In this document: piece after piece, positions 1 through 25,789 of the stretch
How positions within the stretch are numbered: position 1 is the first letter of the stretch
Layout: the number at the start of each line of letters is the position of its first letter
Assembly (NCBI GenBank): GCA_002269645.1
Contig: NIVC01001953.1
Coordinates: 62,001 to 126,000 of the forward strand
DNA: 64,000 bases
Direction: 5' to 3'
Origin: Macrostomum lignano
Lineage: Eukaryota
The notes under the pieces: model-generated
What the model was told of the DNA's origin: nothing
Seen by the model: the letters and a program-made list of their open reading frames with translations, nothing else
Databases searched by the model: none
Translations under genes and position numbers: made by a program

Positions 1-470
1 CTCCCGTCCCAAGGTCCGCAGCTCAACTCCTCCCACGGGAGCTGCTGAGCTCAGCAGAGGGGGGGTTGGGTCTGTATCAGCAAGACCTCTCACCAGCTCT
101 CCGGTATCCTCGGTGGAGCTCTGAAAGTCGAGCCGCTGTCTCTCGGCCCGTCTCCATTAAGCAGCCGGCTGGTCTCAATAAGCTGAGCTTTAATGGAAGC
201 TGCTATCGGATTTCAAGCCGCTGCCGCTGTCCCCATCTGAAAACTATTAACTAGATGATGGCTGAGGCAGGGCCCTGTTGTCCTCCGCTATCATTTCCGT
301 AATGGCCTATCTCGCGTTTCTATTCTTGGCCTACAGCAGTGCCTGCTGCTCTGCCAGTGGAGTTTCGGTTCGGACTGCTTAAAGTCGCTAAAGGTGTCAC
401 CGCCAGACACTCTCTGCAGTCTGGACTTCGTGGGCCAACCCCTCTCCTCAAAAACAGCCGGACAGCTCAC

Positions 471-12898
<12,428 letters not shown>

Positions 12899-13344
12899 AG
12901 CCGATTTCTAACTGAATCTGCCTGATGAGCGAGTCTGGGTGGGGGGGCTGCACTGCATGGGCAAAACCGTCGGGTTTTGGCTGAAAAGGAAATAACTGCA
13001 GTGTAGAGAGAGAGGGGGGAAGAGCGGGCAGGAGGGCAAGGTGGATTCATGATGGGGGAGGGGTCGAGAAGGGGCGGGGGAAGGAGGCACCGGAGATCGG
13101 GGGTTGGATCCCGAGACAATTGGTTGCTCCGGGAGGGGGGAAGGGGGAACTCCTCGGTTATCCATTCACCTGCCATGCGAATCCCCTCCGATGCGTCTGC
13201 TGCTGCTGCTGCTACTGCTGGTGCGTCTTTTGGCGACACTTTCTCTCTCTGTTTGTGATCTCTGCTGCTGTGCCACTGATCCCTTTTTCTGGTTGAGTTT
13301 GACTAAACTGCTGCTCCCTTCCAAGGACTCTTTCATCTCGGTGA

Positions 13345-14820
13345 CTTTTCTCTCCCTGCCTCTCTCCCTGCCTCTCTGCCTGCCTCTCTGTCTGCTTCTC
13401 TCCCTGCCTCTCTCCCTGCCTCTCTCCCTGCCTCTCTCCCTGCCTCTCCCTGCCTCTCTCCCTGCCTCTCTGCCTGCCTCTCTGTCTGCTTCTCTCCCTG
13501 CCTCTCTCCCTGCCTCTCTCCCTGCCTCTCCCTGCCTCTCTCCCTGCCTCTCTCCCTGCCTCTCTCCCTGCCTCTCTCCCTGCCTCTCTGCCTGCCTCTC
13601 TGTCTGCTTCTCTCCCTGCCTCTCTCCCTGCCTCTCTGCCTGCCTCTCTCCCTGCTTCTCTCTCTGCCTCTTTCCCTGCCTCTCTCCCTGCCTCTCTGCC
13701 TGCCTCTATCCCTGCCTCTCTCCCTGCCTCTCTCCCTGCCTCTCTCCCTGCCTCTCTCCCTGCCTCTCTCCCTGCCTCTCTCCCTGCCTCTCTCCCTGCC
13801 TTTCTCCCTGCCTCTCGCCCTGCCTCTGTCCCTGCCTCTATCCCTGCTTCTCTCCCTGCCTCTCTCCCTGCCTCTCTCCCTGCTTCTCTCCCTGCCTCTC
13901 TCCCTGCCTCTCTCCCTGCCTCTCTCCCTGCCTCTCTGCCTGCCTCTCTGCCTGCCTTTCTGTCTGCCTCTATCCCTGCCTCTCTCCCTGCCTCTCTCCC
14001 TGCCTTTCTCCCTGCCTCTCGCCCTGCCTCTGTCCCTGCCTCTCTGCCTGCCTCTCTGTCTGCTTCTCTCCCTGCCTCTCTCCCTGCTTCTCTCCCTGCC
14101 TCTCTCCCTGCCTCTCTCCCTGCCTCTCTCCCTGCCTCTCTCCCTGCCTCTCTCCCTGCCTCTCTCCCTGCCTCTCTCCCTGCCTCTCTCCCTGCCTCTC
14201 TCCCTGCCTCTCTCCCTGCCTCTCTCCCTGCCTCTCTCCCTGCCTCTCTCCCTGCCTCTCTCCCTGCCTCTCTCCCTGCCTCTCTCCCTGCCTCTCTCCC
14301 TGCTTCTCTCCCTGCCTCTCTCCCTGCCTCTCTCCCTGCCTCTCTGCCTGCCTCTCTCCCTGCCTCTCTCCCTGCCTCTCTCCCTGCCTCTCTCCCTGCC
14401 TCTCTCCCTGCCTCTCTCCCTGCCTCTCTCCCTGCCTCTCTCCCTGCCTCTCTCCCTGCCTCTCTCCCTGCTTCTCTCCCTGCCTCTCTCCCTGCCTCTC
14501 TCCCTGCCTTTCTCCCTGCCTCTCCCTGCCTCTCTCCCTGCCTCTCTCCCTGCCTCTCTCCCTGCCTCTCTCCCTGCCTCTCTGCCTGCCTCTCTGTCTG
14601 CTTCTCTCCCTGCCTCTCTCCCTGCCTCTCTGCCTGCCTCTCTCCCTGCTTCTCTCTCTGCCTCTTTCCCTGCCTCTCTCCCTGCCTCTCTCCCTGCCTC
14701 TCTCCCTGCTTCTCTCTCTGCTTCTCTCCCTGCCTCTCTCCCTGCCTCTCTCCCTGCCTCTCTCCCTGCTTCTCTCCCTGCCTCTCTCCCTGCCTCTCTC
14801 CCTTTCTCTCTCCTTCTCTC
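13345..14820. repeat. 12-bp minisatellite (TCTCTCCCTGCC)
   Basis: Tandem units. Source of the spurious 579-aa and 304-aa ORFs. Confidence 0.95.
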
Positions 14821-15369
14821 CCATTCCTCTCTGTTTGTGTTGAATTTTCACTTTCTTCTCAACATCCATATATGTCAGACCCATACAATATTTACCTATC
14901 TTACATTCCTAAGCCAGCCAATAACTCCGATTAAAGTCACTTCCCCTACTCAGCTCGAAGCTCAGAGGACTGCATTTGAAAAGTGACAAAAACAGTTTGT
15001 CCTCAATAAACCTGAACTGCTTGTTAGGGCCCTAGCCAGCCAGAGAGGTGAAATCGGTCAATAATTATCGGGAATCGATGCGACAGGAAAACTTTGGATT
15101 TTTTGATGCCCGATTATTCACTCCAGTTGTCTCTCCAGAATCCATAACTTCGGTTGAATTGGCGCCGAACTTCAGCAGGTTTAAAGTTCTCTCACCTCTC
15201 CTCTCCTCCACCCCAGCCGAATTCGGTCGATGACGAAGAGAGAAAAAATGCATGTACTGCTAAAGAAGTGAGTTTGTTCACATGAAGCGGGTCGACTTAT
15301 GTCGGAAAATGAGAAGGATATGATGTGGGAGTGGATAATTGCAAGGCACCAGTTAGGTTTTATCTCTCT

Positions 15370-15655
15370 CATGACAGAGATGAGAGAGATCTGAGAGATC
15401 TGAGAGATCTGAGGGAGATCTGAGAGATCTGAGGGAGATCTGAGGGAGATCTGAGGGAGATCTGAGAGATCTGAGGGAGATCTGAGAGATCTGAGGGAGA
15501 TCTGAGAGATCTGAGGGAGATCTAAGAGATCTGAGGGAGATCTGAGAGATCTGAGGGAGATCTAAGAGATCTGAGGGAGATCTGAGAAATCTGAAGGAGA
15601 TCTGAGAGATCTGAGGGAGATCTGAGAGATCTGAGGCAGATCTGAGGCAGATGTG
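15370..15655. repeat. 9/11-bp GAGATCTGA(GG) repeat
   Basis: Tandem units. Confidence 0.9.
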
Positions 15656-16324
15656 AGAGGCACTCAACGAGCGCTATTCAAATTTTAACCAAATTTAGCC
15701 AGGAAGTGCCAACAAATTGATGGAGATCGAAGAGGCCTGGTGCGGATTCTTGGCCCGGATCAATGCCTGTGGCTTCAAGGGGCAGAGTGAGGGGAGGAGC
15801 AGGAAGTCCCCTGTCTCCCCAGACCGAGGGAACTTCAACAGGTGGCTCAGTGTTTTCTAGCGAATTGAAAAAAAAAGTTAACAACGCGAATTGCAAGTCC
15901 GTTTTGGCTCCGTTTTCTGCTTTCGGGAAAAGCATTCGACAAAATCGGACGGGAATTCTCCCCCCCCTCTCCCTCGTCCTCTTGGCCAAGTTGTACAAGC
16001 AAAATGTTTCCGTTAGCCAGCGGTCAATATACGGACTCCGCTGGGTCTGCCAAGCTGCCAATAATTCCCCTGGCTTGAGTCTTTCTCTTGCCAGACAGCT
16101 AACTGGCTTTCCGCATCCCCTGTGCCGTCTCCCTACCTCCTGCTCCCGCTGCCCCTCCTGCAGCTGGACAATTGTAATAAATTCAGCCTCACGAACAGCC
16201 TGGATACTTGCTACTGGACTGCCGCCCCCTGCAACTTGTCACCGTAATTCGTTAATGTAAACATTTATCAGGCATGAATTTGCAGAGCTGTGATTCATTC
16301 TGCAGTGTGTTCTCGCGTTTCACA

Positions 16325-18460
16325 GTTGAATGGGACTGTGTCTCTCATGAATGGGACTGTGTCTCTCATGAATGGCACTGTGTCTCTAATGAATGGCACT
16401 GTGTCTCTCATGAATGGCACTGTGTCTCTCATGAATGGGACTGTGTCTCTCATGAATGGCACTGTGTCTCTCATGAATGGCACTGTGTCTCTCATGAATG
16501 GCACTGTGTCTCATGAATGGCACTGTGTCTCATGAATGGGACTGTGTCTCTCTCATGAATGGGACTGTGTCTCTCTCATGAATGGGACTGTGTCTCTCAT
16601 GAATGGGACTGTGTCTCTCATGAATGGGACTGTGTCTCTCATGAATGGGACTGTGTCTCTCATGAATGGGACTGTGTCTCTCATGAATGGCACTGTGTCT
16701 CTCATGAATGGCCCTGTCTCTCATGAATGGGACTGTGTCTCTCATGAATGGCACTGTGTCTCTCATGAATGGCCCTGTCTCTCATGAATGGGACTGTGTC
16801 TCATGAATGGCACTGTGTCTCTCATGAATGGCACTGTGTCTCTCATGAATGGCACTGTGTCTCATGAATGGCACTGTGTCTCTCTCATGAATGGGACTGT
16901 GTCTCTCATGAATGGGACTGTGTCTCTCATGAATGGGACTGTGTCTCTCATGAATGGGACTGTGTCTCTCATGAATGGCCCTGTCTCTCATGAATGGCAC
17001 TGTGTCTCTCATGAATGGGACTGTGTCTCTCATGAATGGGACTGTGTCTCTCATGAATGGCACTGTGTCTCTCATGAATGGCACTGTGTCTCATGAATGG
17101 GACTGTGTCTCATGAATGGCACTGTGTCTCTCATGAATGGCACTGTGTCTCTCATGAATGGCACTGTGTCTCATGAATGGGACTGTGTCTCTCTCATGAA
17201 TGGGACTGTGTCTCTCATGAATGGCACTGTGTCTCATGAATGGGACTGTGTCTCATGAATGGCACTGTGTCTCTCATGAATGGCACTGTGTCTCTCATGA
17301 ATGGCACTGTGTCTCATGAATGGGACTGTGTCTCTCATGAATGGGACTGTGTCTCTCATGAATGGGACTGTGTCTCTCATGAATGGCACTGTGTCTCTCA
17401 TGAATGGGACTGTGTCTCTCATGAATGGCACTGTGTCTCTCATGAATGGCACTGTGTCTCTCATGAATGGCACTGTGTCTCATGAATGGCACTGTGTCTC
17501 ATGAATGGGACTGTGTCTCTCTCATGAATGGGACTGTGTCTCTCTCATGAATGGGACTGTGTCTCTCATGAATGGGACTGTGTCTCTCATGAATGGGACT
17601 GTGTCTCTCATGAATGGGACTGTGTCTCTCATGAATGGGACTGTGTCTCTCATGAATGGGACTGTGTCTCTCATGAATGGCCCTGTCTCTCATGAATGGC
17701 ACTGTGTCTCTCATGAATGGCCCTGTCTCTCATGAATGGGACTGTGTCTCTCATGAATGGGACTGTGTCTCATGAATGGCCCTGTCTCTCATGAATGGGA
17801 CTGTGTCTCTCATGAATGGGACTGTCTCTCATGAATGGGACTGTGTCTCTCATGAATGGCCCTGTCTCTCATGAATGGGACTGTGTCTCTCATGAATGGG
17901 ACTGTGTCTCTCATGAATGGGACTGTCTCTCATGAATGGGACTGTCTCTCATGAATGGGACTGTGTCTCTCATGAATGGGACTGTCTCTCATGAATGGGA
18001 CTGTCTCTCATGAATGGGACTGTGTCTCTCATGAATGGGACTGTCTCTCATGAATGGGACTGTGTCTCTCATGAATGGGACTGTGTCTCTCATGAATGGG
18101 ACTGTGTCTCTCATGAATGGGACTGTGTCTCTCATGAATGGCACTGTGTCTCTCATGAATGGCACTGTGTCTCTCATGAATGGGACTGTGTCTCTCATGA
18201 ATGGGACTGTGTCTCTCATGAATGGGACTGTGTCTCTCATGAATGGGACTGTCTCTCATGAATGGGACTGTGTCTCTCATGAATGGGACTGTGTCTCTCA
18301 TGAATGGGACTGTGTCTCTCATGAATGGGACTGTGTCTCTCATGAATGGGACTGTCTCTCTCATGAATGGGACTGTGTCTCTCATGAATGGCACTGTCTC
18401 TCTCATGAATGGGACTGTGTCTCTCATGAATGGGACTGTGTCTCTCATGAATGGGACTGT
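16325..18460. repeat. 19-23-bp minisatellite (CTCTCATGAATGGGACTGTGT)
   Basis: About 2.1 kb of tandem units. Confidence 0.97.
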
Positions 18461-19949
18461 TTTTCTCAGGAGTGGCTCTGTCTTTGTCGTCCTAGTGCCT
18501 ATTTGTCCTTATCATCGGCATTAACAAAACTGCATGCAAAAAAGAACTCAGTCGTTCCCACAGTGCTCGATGCCATCCATCCCTGCTTCAACTCCCATCC
18601 TACATAAAATGGGATCAATATGAGCTCAATTGAGCAATAGGCAGCCAGCCAAAGCACGAGACCTGGGCACAAACAGGCACACGAAAACAGCAATCGCTCT
18701 TTGTTGTCAACAAAAGCACTTTTGAATGAGCCTTTTTGGCTTTTATCGTTAGAACTCACCCGAATCAATGGCCAAGCCGCAGGGGCAGAGGAGAGTCGCA
18801 ATGATCATGGGCAGAACTGCTCTCCATCCAGTCCGCATGTTAAAGAGGCGCAGCATTTCAGCTCTGAAGTCTTTTTGTTGCAGATCTACAAGTCTGGCAA
18901 AATTAGCTCTTCTGAAATCTATTTCTGCTTTCTTCTCCTGTTGCAGCCGTCTTCTGGCTCTGGCTCCGTCTGCTTCTGACTGGCCCGGCTCGGTTGGTTG
19001 GCAGGAAGGCGGACGGGTCTCCTCCAAGCTCAAGGGCGAGAGAGAGAGAGAGAGAGAGGGGGGGAGAGAGAGAGACGGAGGGAGACGGCCACTCACTGGG
19101 TGGCTTCGAGCGCTTTCTGTCCAATTCGGAACTTCGGGGTTGTCGAGGTCCTTGAACGACGCCTCTGGTCTCCAGCTGTGTCGCCCACACGTTTATCCTC
19201 TCCTTCTTCTTCTTTTCTTTGTAAGCTCGTTCGCGCCGCTCCAGAAGCCTAAGCTGGAGTCGGTGATTTGCCGTTTTTTATAGGAAACGGAAAAATGAGC
19301 CACGTATTCAGCCGCCCTGCCGGCTCTGTCCGCCTCTCTTCTCCCGTGCGCCGGTGCAGCCCCCCTTCCGGACTGGCTTTGTCACAATACGGAGTCTGCT
19401 GCACTGAGGGCGCTCCCGGGCTCATTAATTATTAGTTAACCTGGCCCAACGGGTTTTCCCAAGCCCGGGACTTCCACACAGCTTCCCTGGCTCTCCATCC
19501 CCCCACTCAATTCCCCAATCGGTTGCATCCGGGCGGGCAGAGACGGATGGAGGAAGGCGGTCTCCCCTGTTTTTTGGGAGTAGCCAAAACTGCAAAAAAC
19601 AACAGGTAGAACGGGACGACTACCCCCCCCTCCTCACCTCTGGAAGCTGGAAGCGGCCAAGTGAAGTTTTATTTGTTTCCCAAATTTTCCGCAGCCAGTT
19701 GGCGCCAAAGCGAGGTGAGGCTGGAATATGCGGCTGTAGTTTGCTGCTGTCAGAAAAAGCAGATTTTGCTGCATCCATTATTTGGCTGTCGGAACCTCTA
19801 ATCTGGAAATATCTGAATTTATTGCAAATTGTTGTGACCAATAATGCATTCAATTCAATTATAGCATTCTTTACTCTGAGCTCAACCCGATAAAAATGCC
19901 TTAAAGAATTCATATTTACAATCTATAGATTATTAACTGAGACTAAGAA

Positions 19950-20363
19950 CAGCATTAGCTGGTGTCTGTGGCCCTAATCCCGGGGTTAAGACCATAGACT
20001 GTAGCTTCTGTTGCTATCAAGCATTAGCAGCATTAGCTGGTGTCTGTGGCCCTAATCTTAGGGTTCAGACCATAGACTGTAGCTTCTGTTGCTATCAAGC
20101 ATTAGCAGCATTAGCTGGTGTCTGTGGCCCTAATCTTAGGGTTCAGACCATAGACTGTAGCTTCTGTTGCTATCAAGCATTAGCAGCATTAGCTGGTGTC
20201 TGTGGCCCTAATCTTAGGGTTCAGACCATAGACTGTAGCTTCTGTTGCTATCAAGCATTAGCAGCATTAGCTGGTGTCTGTGGCCCTAATCTTAGGGTTC
20301 AGACCATAGACTGTAGCTTCTGTTGCTATCAAGCATTAGCAGCATTAGCTGGTGTCTGTGGCC
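19950..20363. repeat. 78-bp tandem repeat (~5.3 copies) with internal hairpin potential
   Basis: ACCATAGACT recurs at 19991, 20069, 20147, 20225 and 20303. A related monomer is at 28702-28796. Confidence 0.95.
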
Positions 20364-21560
20364 ACATCAGACTGCAGACTGCTGACGGCTACGCACCAAT
20401 TGGGATGAAGAAAAAAGCAAACAGGATGCAAAAAAGATATAGTCGAACCAATTTTAAAAGCAACAGCAAGGCTTCTAAAGCATCTGCTTATTTGCAAATT
20501 GGTTTGGTTCAAGACCGCCAGACCAACTGCTTTTTTTTGCTTTTTGCAGCGTCGGCCAGATTTACTGGTCCCGCCTGTTTGAGTAAAAGAAAGAGAGCTG
20601 GAGAGAGAGAGAGAGGAAGAGAGAGAGAGAGGTGTTGCGAGCAGATTAGAGCAGGCCCAGTCATCAGGAGAAGGGGTCTGGAAGAGATTGAAGGATGCCC
20701 ATAAGAGGTCTGCCCGATCTGGACCATCTGGCTCGATCTTGGCTGTCTAGCGGAGCCTTTTTAATGAAAAACGAAGACTGGGCCTCGATTTTATCCCCTC
20801 TGGTCTCTCGCGCACGAGCTCCTCAGCTCTCATCCGACGTGAGGCGCGCGACTCTAAAAAATTTCTCCCCTCTCCCCCCCCCCTCCTCAAGAAAACTTAC
20901 CCCGGGACCCATCAAACTCGACCGCATCGCTCCCTAGGGAGGTGTTTTTGTTAACAGGTTCGCTGATGAGAACGCGGTCCGGTGGGGGGGGGGGGCGGCG
21001 GAGAGGAGGGATGATTGCGAGAATGGAAGCTCGGGCCACGCGGAGGATGCAGCCAGATGGACCCAGTCTTGCATTTGCATAACCCGAGCAGGCTCGTCCT
21101 GGGGTAAAAACTAATTTTATCTATTAAAAAGTAACCGCTTCAATGACTGAGCAATGCGATAGCTGCAAAATTTTAACAGTGCGTGTCCATGGCGTCATTT
21201 CGTCACCATGGCCCCTTAGGTCTCGGTTGCTTCGCTAGGCCTTGCTACCTCTAGGACTACCCCATCCTGCCTCTCCGGTGTTGAGAATGCGGATCCCACT
21301 TCATAGGTACTCACCTTGGCCCCAACACGGATCTCTTCGACGCTTTCATGCCCGAGAATCTCTGCCAGCTCGTCCGCTACCAAAGGGCTACCGGGCGAGC
21401 GACCATTCACCTCCTGGACGCTGCGGACACCGGCACCACCAGAAGCAACAGTCAGCAACTGTCACCAGCAACAGTCAAAAGTTCCACCCTCCAAACAAGA
21501 TGAAAATTTTACTTATTGCGACAACTTCTTACTCACAACTCAACTTTCCAGTTACGCAAA

Positions 21561-24342
21561 TGTGGTGCGCAGCCTATGCGTGTACAATGCACTTTCTCTT
21601 GCTCTCTAGCCAACGTGCTCAGCACCCCCAATGTATTACGTAACTCATTGCTGCACGTCGGCAGCTGCGTGAATATATATCGCAAATATACAGCTCTTAG
21701 AGGCCAAGATTCTTACCCGCCAAGCGGACTACGAGCACTACAATGGCGTCGCAGCTAAACTTACCAAGCCCAGCGCGCTTGGACCTGCGAACAGACCCCA
21801 GCACCCCACACCCCAGATCCGTGACCAGGTGATCGCCGGCTGCAGTTCAGAGCATCTTCGCCGCAAGCTGCTAGCGATCGACAATGTCGACCTGGAGCAG
21901 GCGCTTCGGGTGGCCAGAGCCATGGAGACAGCAGAGACTCAGGCAAGCCTCATGGAATCTAACGAGGCGGCGGTACAGCGACCTCGGCTTCGAGACACTG
22001 GTGCAGCGGCCTCATCAGCAGAGCGCCTAGTTAAGGGACCAGCCAAGCAGCAGCCAGGCAAGCAAGCCACGTGCATCAGATGCGGAGTCCCAGGCCATCG
22101 CACATGCAACGCAGCCATAGGCAAGACGTGCAAGCGCTGCGGCAAGCGAAACCACCTGGCGAGGGCCTGCCTCTCCCGGCCGTTGGAGGCCGTCCGCGCC
22201 CTGCAGGCCGACAGCGACAGCTCAGAGCCGGAGGACAGCATCTTCTGTCTGACCGTGGCGGCCACCGGGACGGCTACTGTAGAAAAAATACTAAACTAAA
22301 GACTAGAGAGTTACTTGGAGTTAAATTGAATCTAAGATAAGCCAGTAAGTGGGCGCAGGGCCCAAACAAGTATATTTATACCAGACATTAACTTAGGGGG
22401 TTTGAATTGCAGATAATAAAGCGAGGGGTGGAGTGCGCGACTAAATAGAGAGGCGAGAATGGAGAACCAATCAGAAGGCAGCAAGGGAGAGAGAGAGAGA
22501 GAATAACAAGATTGAGCTAGACAGAGAGAGAGAGAGAGAAAACAGAGTAAACAGAGACAAGTGAAGGTGAACTAAGAAATGACTAGGAAAGTCGCGACAC
22601 TCCCCCCAAAAAATGGAACATTTTTTGAATTTTCGAGTACCAATAGAATTATGAATTAGAGTTCAAGAAACAACTTTAAAACAAATTTAACAATGGTGTA
22701 CGAGCTACAAATACGACTAAGAATTTCAATACAAAAACTGTGGAGACTAGAGTGAATGCAAAATATTAAGACCGAATTTTAAACTTTAGATTTTTAATGA
22801 GTAGTTTTTTAACCAATGAGAAGACTGAAAGGACTGAATAGAGATGAGACTGGATAGACTAGCGTATCATGCTGCAGCCCCAGCAATTCACGTTCAAGCT
22901 GCACTACCGCAAAGGCGAAGACAACCCGGCAGACCCGCTGAGCCGCAATCCGCTGCCAAGCGCATCGTCACACAAAGACGAGGCTGAGGACACCAGACTG
23001 TGCAACCCGTTGTCCAAGCGGCCACCCCGAAGGGCCTGACCGTTGACAGGATCCGGGCTGCGACCGAGAGAGACCCAGCTCTGGTGGTCGTCATGCGCGC
23101 CTTGGAAACAGGAAACTGGAGCTGCGGCGCGGCGAGCCCTGTGCACAGTTTTCGGTCCCTCAAAGACGAACTGAGCGTTCACGCAGGCCTTCTGCTCCGG
23201 CGAAACAGAATCGTGATCCCGGCGGAGCTTCGGTAGCTGACGATCGGTTTAGCGCACCAGGGCCACCTCGGACAGAAGAGGACGTGCGACCGACTGTAGC
23301 GTAAGATCTGGTGGCCTGGCATGACCAAGCAGGTCGAGGCGGTCGTCACTAACTGCCTCCCGTGCCAAGCGGCCCGGACCGACGACGCCGTTAAACAACC
23401 GCCGATGCAGCCGACTCCGCTTCCGTTGGGGGCCTGGCAATCGCTCAGCGTCGACGTGTGTGGACCATTCCCTACGGGCGAGAACGTAGTGGTCTTGGTG
23501 GACTACTTCAGCCGCTACCCGGACCTCTACGTGGTGCGAAGCCTCACCAGCGCCAGCGTCATCAACTGCGTCATGGCCTCATTCAGCCGCTTCGGGGTGC
23601 CGCAGCAGATCACTACGGACAACGCCACCTACTTCACGAGCGAGGAATTCAGTGTGTTTCTGGACGGCCTCAGGGTTCGACAGCGCAGGATCACCCCGCT
23701 CTACCCGGCGGCGAACGGCGAGGTGGAGCGCTTCAACCGCAGCCTCAACAAGGCCATCAACGCCGCCACGGCCGACGGCAAGGACTGGCGGCAGGCGATT
23801 CACGAGTGGCTGCTCGGATACCGCAACTCTGTGACCGCACGACTGCACGCCCAACGACCTCATGTTTAACCGAGAGACCGGCGACATCCTGCCATCCGGC
23901 CTGACAAAGCAAACCGGCAGCTCCGGACGGCAGCTGCAGCGCCACGACTGCGGCTACAAGCAGGCGATGCGCAAGGCGGCCGACACGCGGCGATCGGCTG
24001 CGCCACACGGCATCCTGGCAGGCGCCCACATGCTGCTCAGAAACCGCGGCAAGGCGAAGCTGCGCTGTCCGTTCGACCCGCGGCCTTGGCTTGTCAAGGC
24101 AGTCAGCGGCGACGCCCTGACGCTGCAACGCGGCACGGCAGTCATTCGGCGGCATGTGACCGAGATAAAGCCGCTGGGACCTTGACGAGCTGGACGGCAA
24201 TCAGCGGCCGGGGGCGCCGGCGACGGAGGTAAATCCGACCAACGACGGCCCGATTGCACAGCTGCTGCGTTAATATATATCGCAAATATACGGCTCTTAG
24301 AGGCCAAGATTCTTACCCGCCAAGCGGACTACGAGCACTACA
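21561..24342 (+). mobile_element. Decayed Ty3/Gypsy LTR retrotransposon (gag, RNase H end, integrase), internally deleted
   Basis: Termini are TG...CA with a 5-bp TSD GCAAA (21556-21560 and 24343-24347). The 5' LTR (21561-21742) is followed by a PBS-like TGGCGTCG. Gag has zinc knuckles (CIRCGVPGHRTC, CKRCGKRNHLARAC). The RNase H tail reads YRKGEDNPADPLSR. The integrase reads AHQGHLG, PWQS-like LSVDVCGPF, VDYFSRYP, ITTDNATYF, PAANGEVERFNRSL, with premature stops. The 3' LTR is truncated to ~79 bp (24264-24342). Confidence 0.92.
22278..22860 (-). mobile_element. Nested fragment of a second LTR element: 3' UTR, PPT and 3' LTR (22599-22278) in reverse orientation
   Basis: On the minus strand, the polypurine tract GGGGGGAG (22607-22600) directly precedes TGTCGCGAC..., and the ~322-bp segment ends in ...CTACA. 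It interrupts the gag ORF exactly at 22278 and has AT-rich composition unlike the host element. Confidence 0.7.
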
Positions 24343-25789
24343 GCAAATAAGCCGCCGCGAGGAAGGGAAAGTTGATTGAATCAATAATAAACGTCATTCG
24401 CACAAAATCATAAGTTTTTATGCAATATGCAGTTAGAATCGCGATGCTTAATGACGCGTGTGGGATCCCCTCGCACGCGACTCTGCGGGGCATCCCCAGG
24501 ATGAGGCGGCACAGAAAGCCGTGGGGAAGCTTCTGCCAAGCGTTTTCAAGGGCATGACGCAGGTGCCCAGACATGCTCGATGGGATTCATGTCTAGGGAC
24601 CGGGAAGGCCAGCGCAGAGTGCGCAGCTGTAGCTGTTCCTTCGGTTGACTAACAGCATCGGCTCGGTGTGGCGGCGCGTTGTCATCCTGGACCATTAAGC
24701 AGACCCAAGCCACCACCAAGTGGCAATAAGCTTTGCGCTTGCGTAGTAAGTTGCATCACTCGCAATAGTGAAAAAGGATCATCTGCCTTGGAGGGTGGAA
24801 CTTTTGACTGTTGCTGAGTATAACTAATTCTATATGGAAAGCCAGTTCAGTTTTTCAACAGGAGACAAATCATTTAGGACAGAGACCATATAAAAATCAG
24901 TAGCCAATGCCGGGTAGAAGCCGGCCATCTCTCTCCCCATCCGCGGAGACCACTTGAGAAATAGACATCGCGTGAGAGCATAAGTCCTTTTGCCTTTCAC
25001 TAGAAGCAGCGGCCGCCATAGCCAAACGGCATGACAACACACAAGCCTCTGGCTGGGCGGCCTTCAGACAGCCCGCTACTCTCGAATGAAAAATCATAAT
25101 TGAAGAAAGAAAGCATAATGCATAATGCAGATCTGTCTGCATTGCTTCATTGATTACTCACTCGGCTCTAGGTCTACGTACCCCTATACTAAAGGATTTT
25201 TTCTCAAATCAAAGCTCTCTGACAGGCGTCAGTGCTCGTTAAATTTTTGATCAGTCAAACAATTTTCAAGACTGCATCGACTTGCGGTATCAGTGTACAG
25301 TCAAATGCTGATTCGGCATTCAGAATTCGGGTAAGCTTCTTGATCTTGCTTCCAAACAGTCTACTATAAGTAGCTATGCAAGACTACTTAGCTGTGAGTA
25401 GTATAAATTTGACTAGATTCAATTTGCAATCTTGTTGTCTGACAATTGGCCGACAAATCGGGTGGTTGGTAATTTGATAAGAACGAATGCGACTTGGTCG
25501 AGGGTTGTATAGAAGGAAACTTGGCTGTGTCTCAGGTTTCTTAGCCCCAGGGCGACGGTGGTGGGGTGAGAAAATCAGCAGCACAATTTGCCAAACCTTG
25601 ACAAGCAGTTCAGAATGGCATTGATCTTGCTTTCGCCAATGTGCCCGGCTCATAAATCTTATTATATAGCTATCTCAGCATGCGGGAATTAGGATGGGAA
25701 TCGCCATGGATTTTAAGATGGGGGGAGCAAAGCCAAGAGTTCTACATGTACATGACTAAATTCCTACATGTGCATCATTTTGAGAATCT

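Noticed and set aside
291-470. Next exon of the ZP gene (candidate acceptor near 390 giving DFKQSEPKLHWQSSRHCC...)
   Set aside because: The phase fits, but the peptide lacks recognisable ZP-C, furin or TM features, so it was left unassigned.
13104-14884. 579-aa Pro/Cys/Leu/Ser ORF and antisense ERG-repeat ORF
   Set aside because: Both are translations of a 12-bp repeat.
19950-20363. Hammerhead or HDV-like ribozyme in the 78-bp unit
   Set aside because: No CUGANGA/GAAA core or HDV pseudoknot pattern was found by eye on either strand. It is kept only as an unexplained hairpin.
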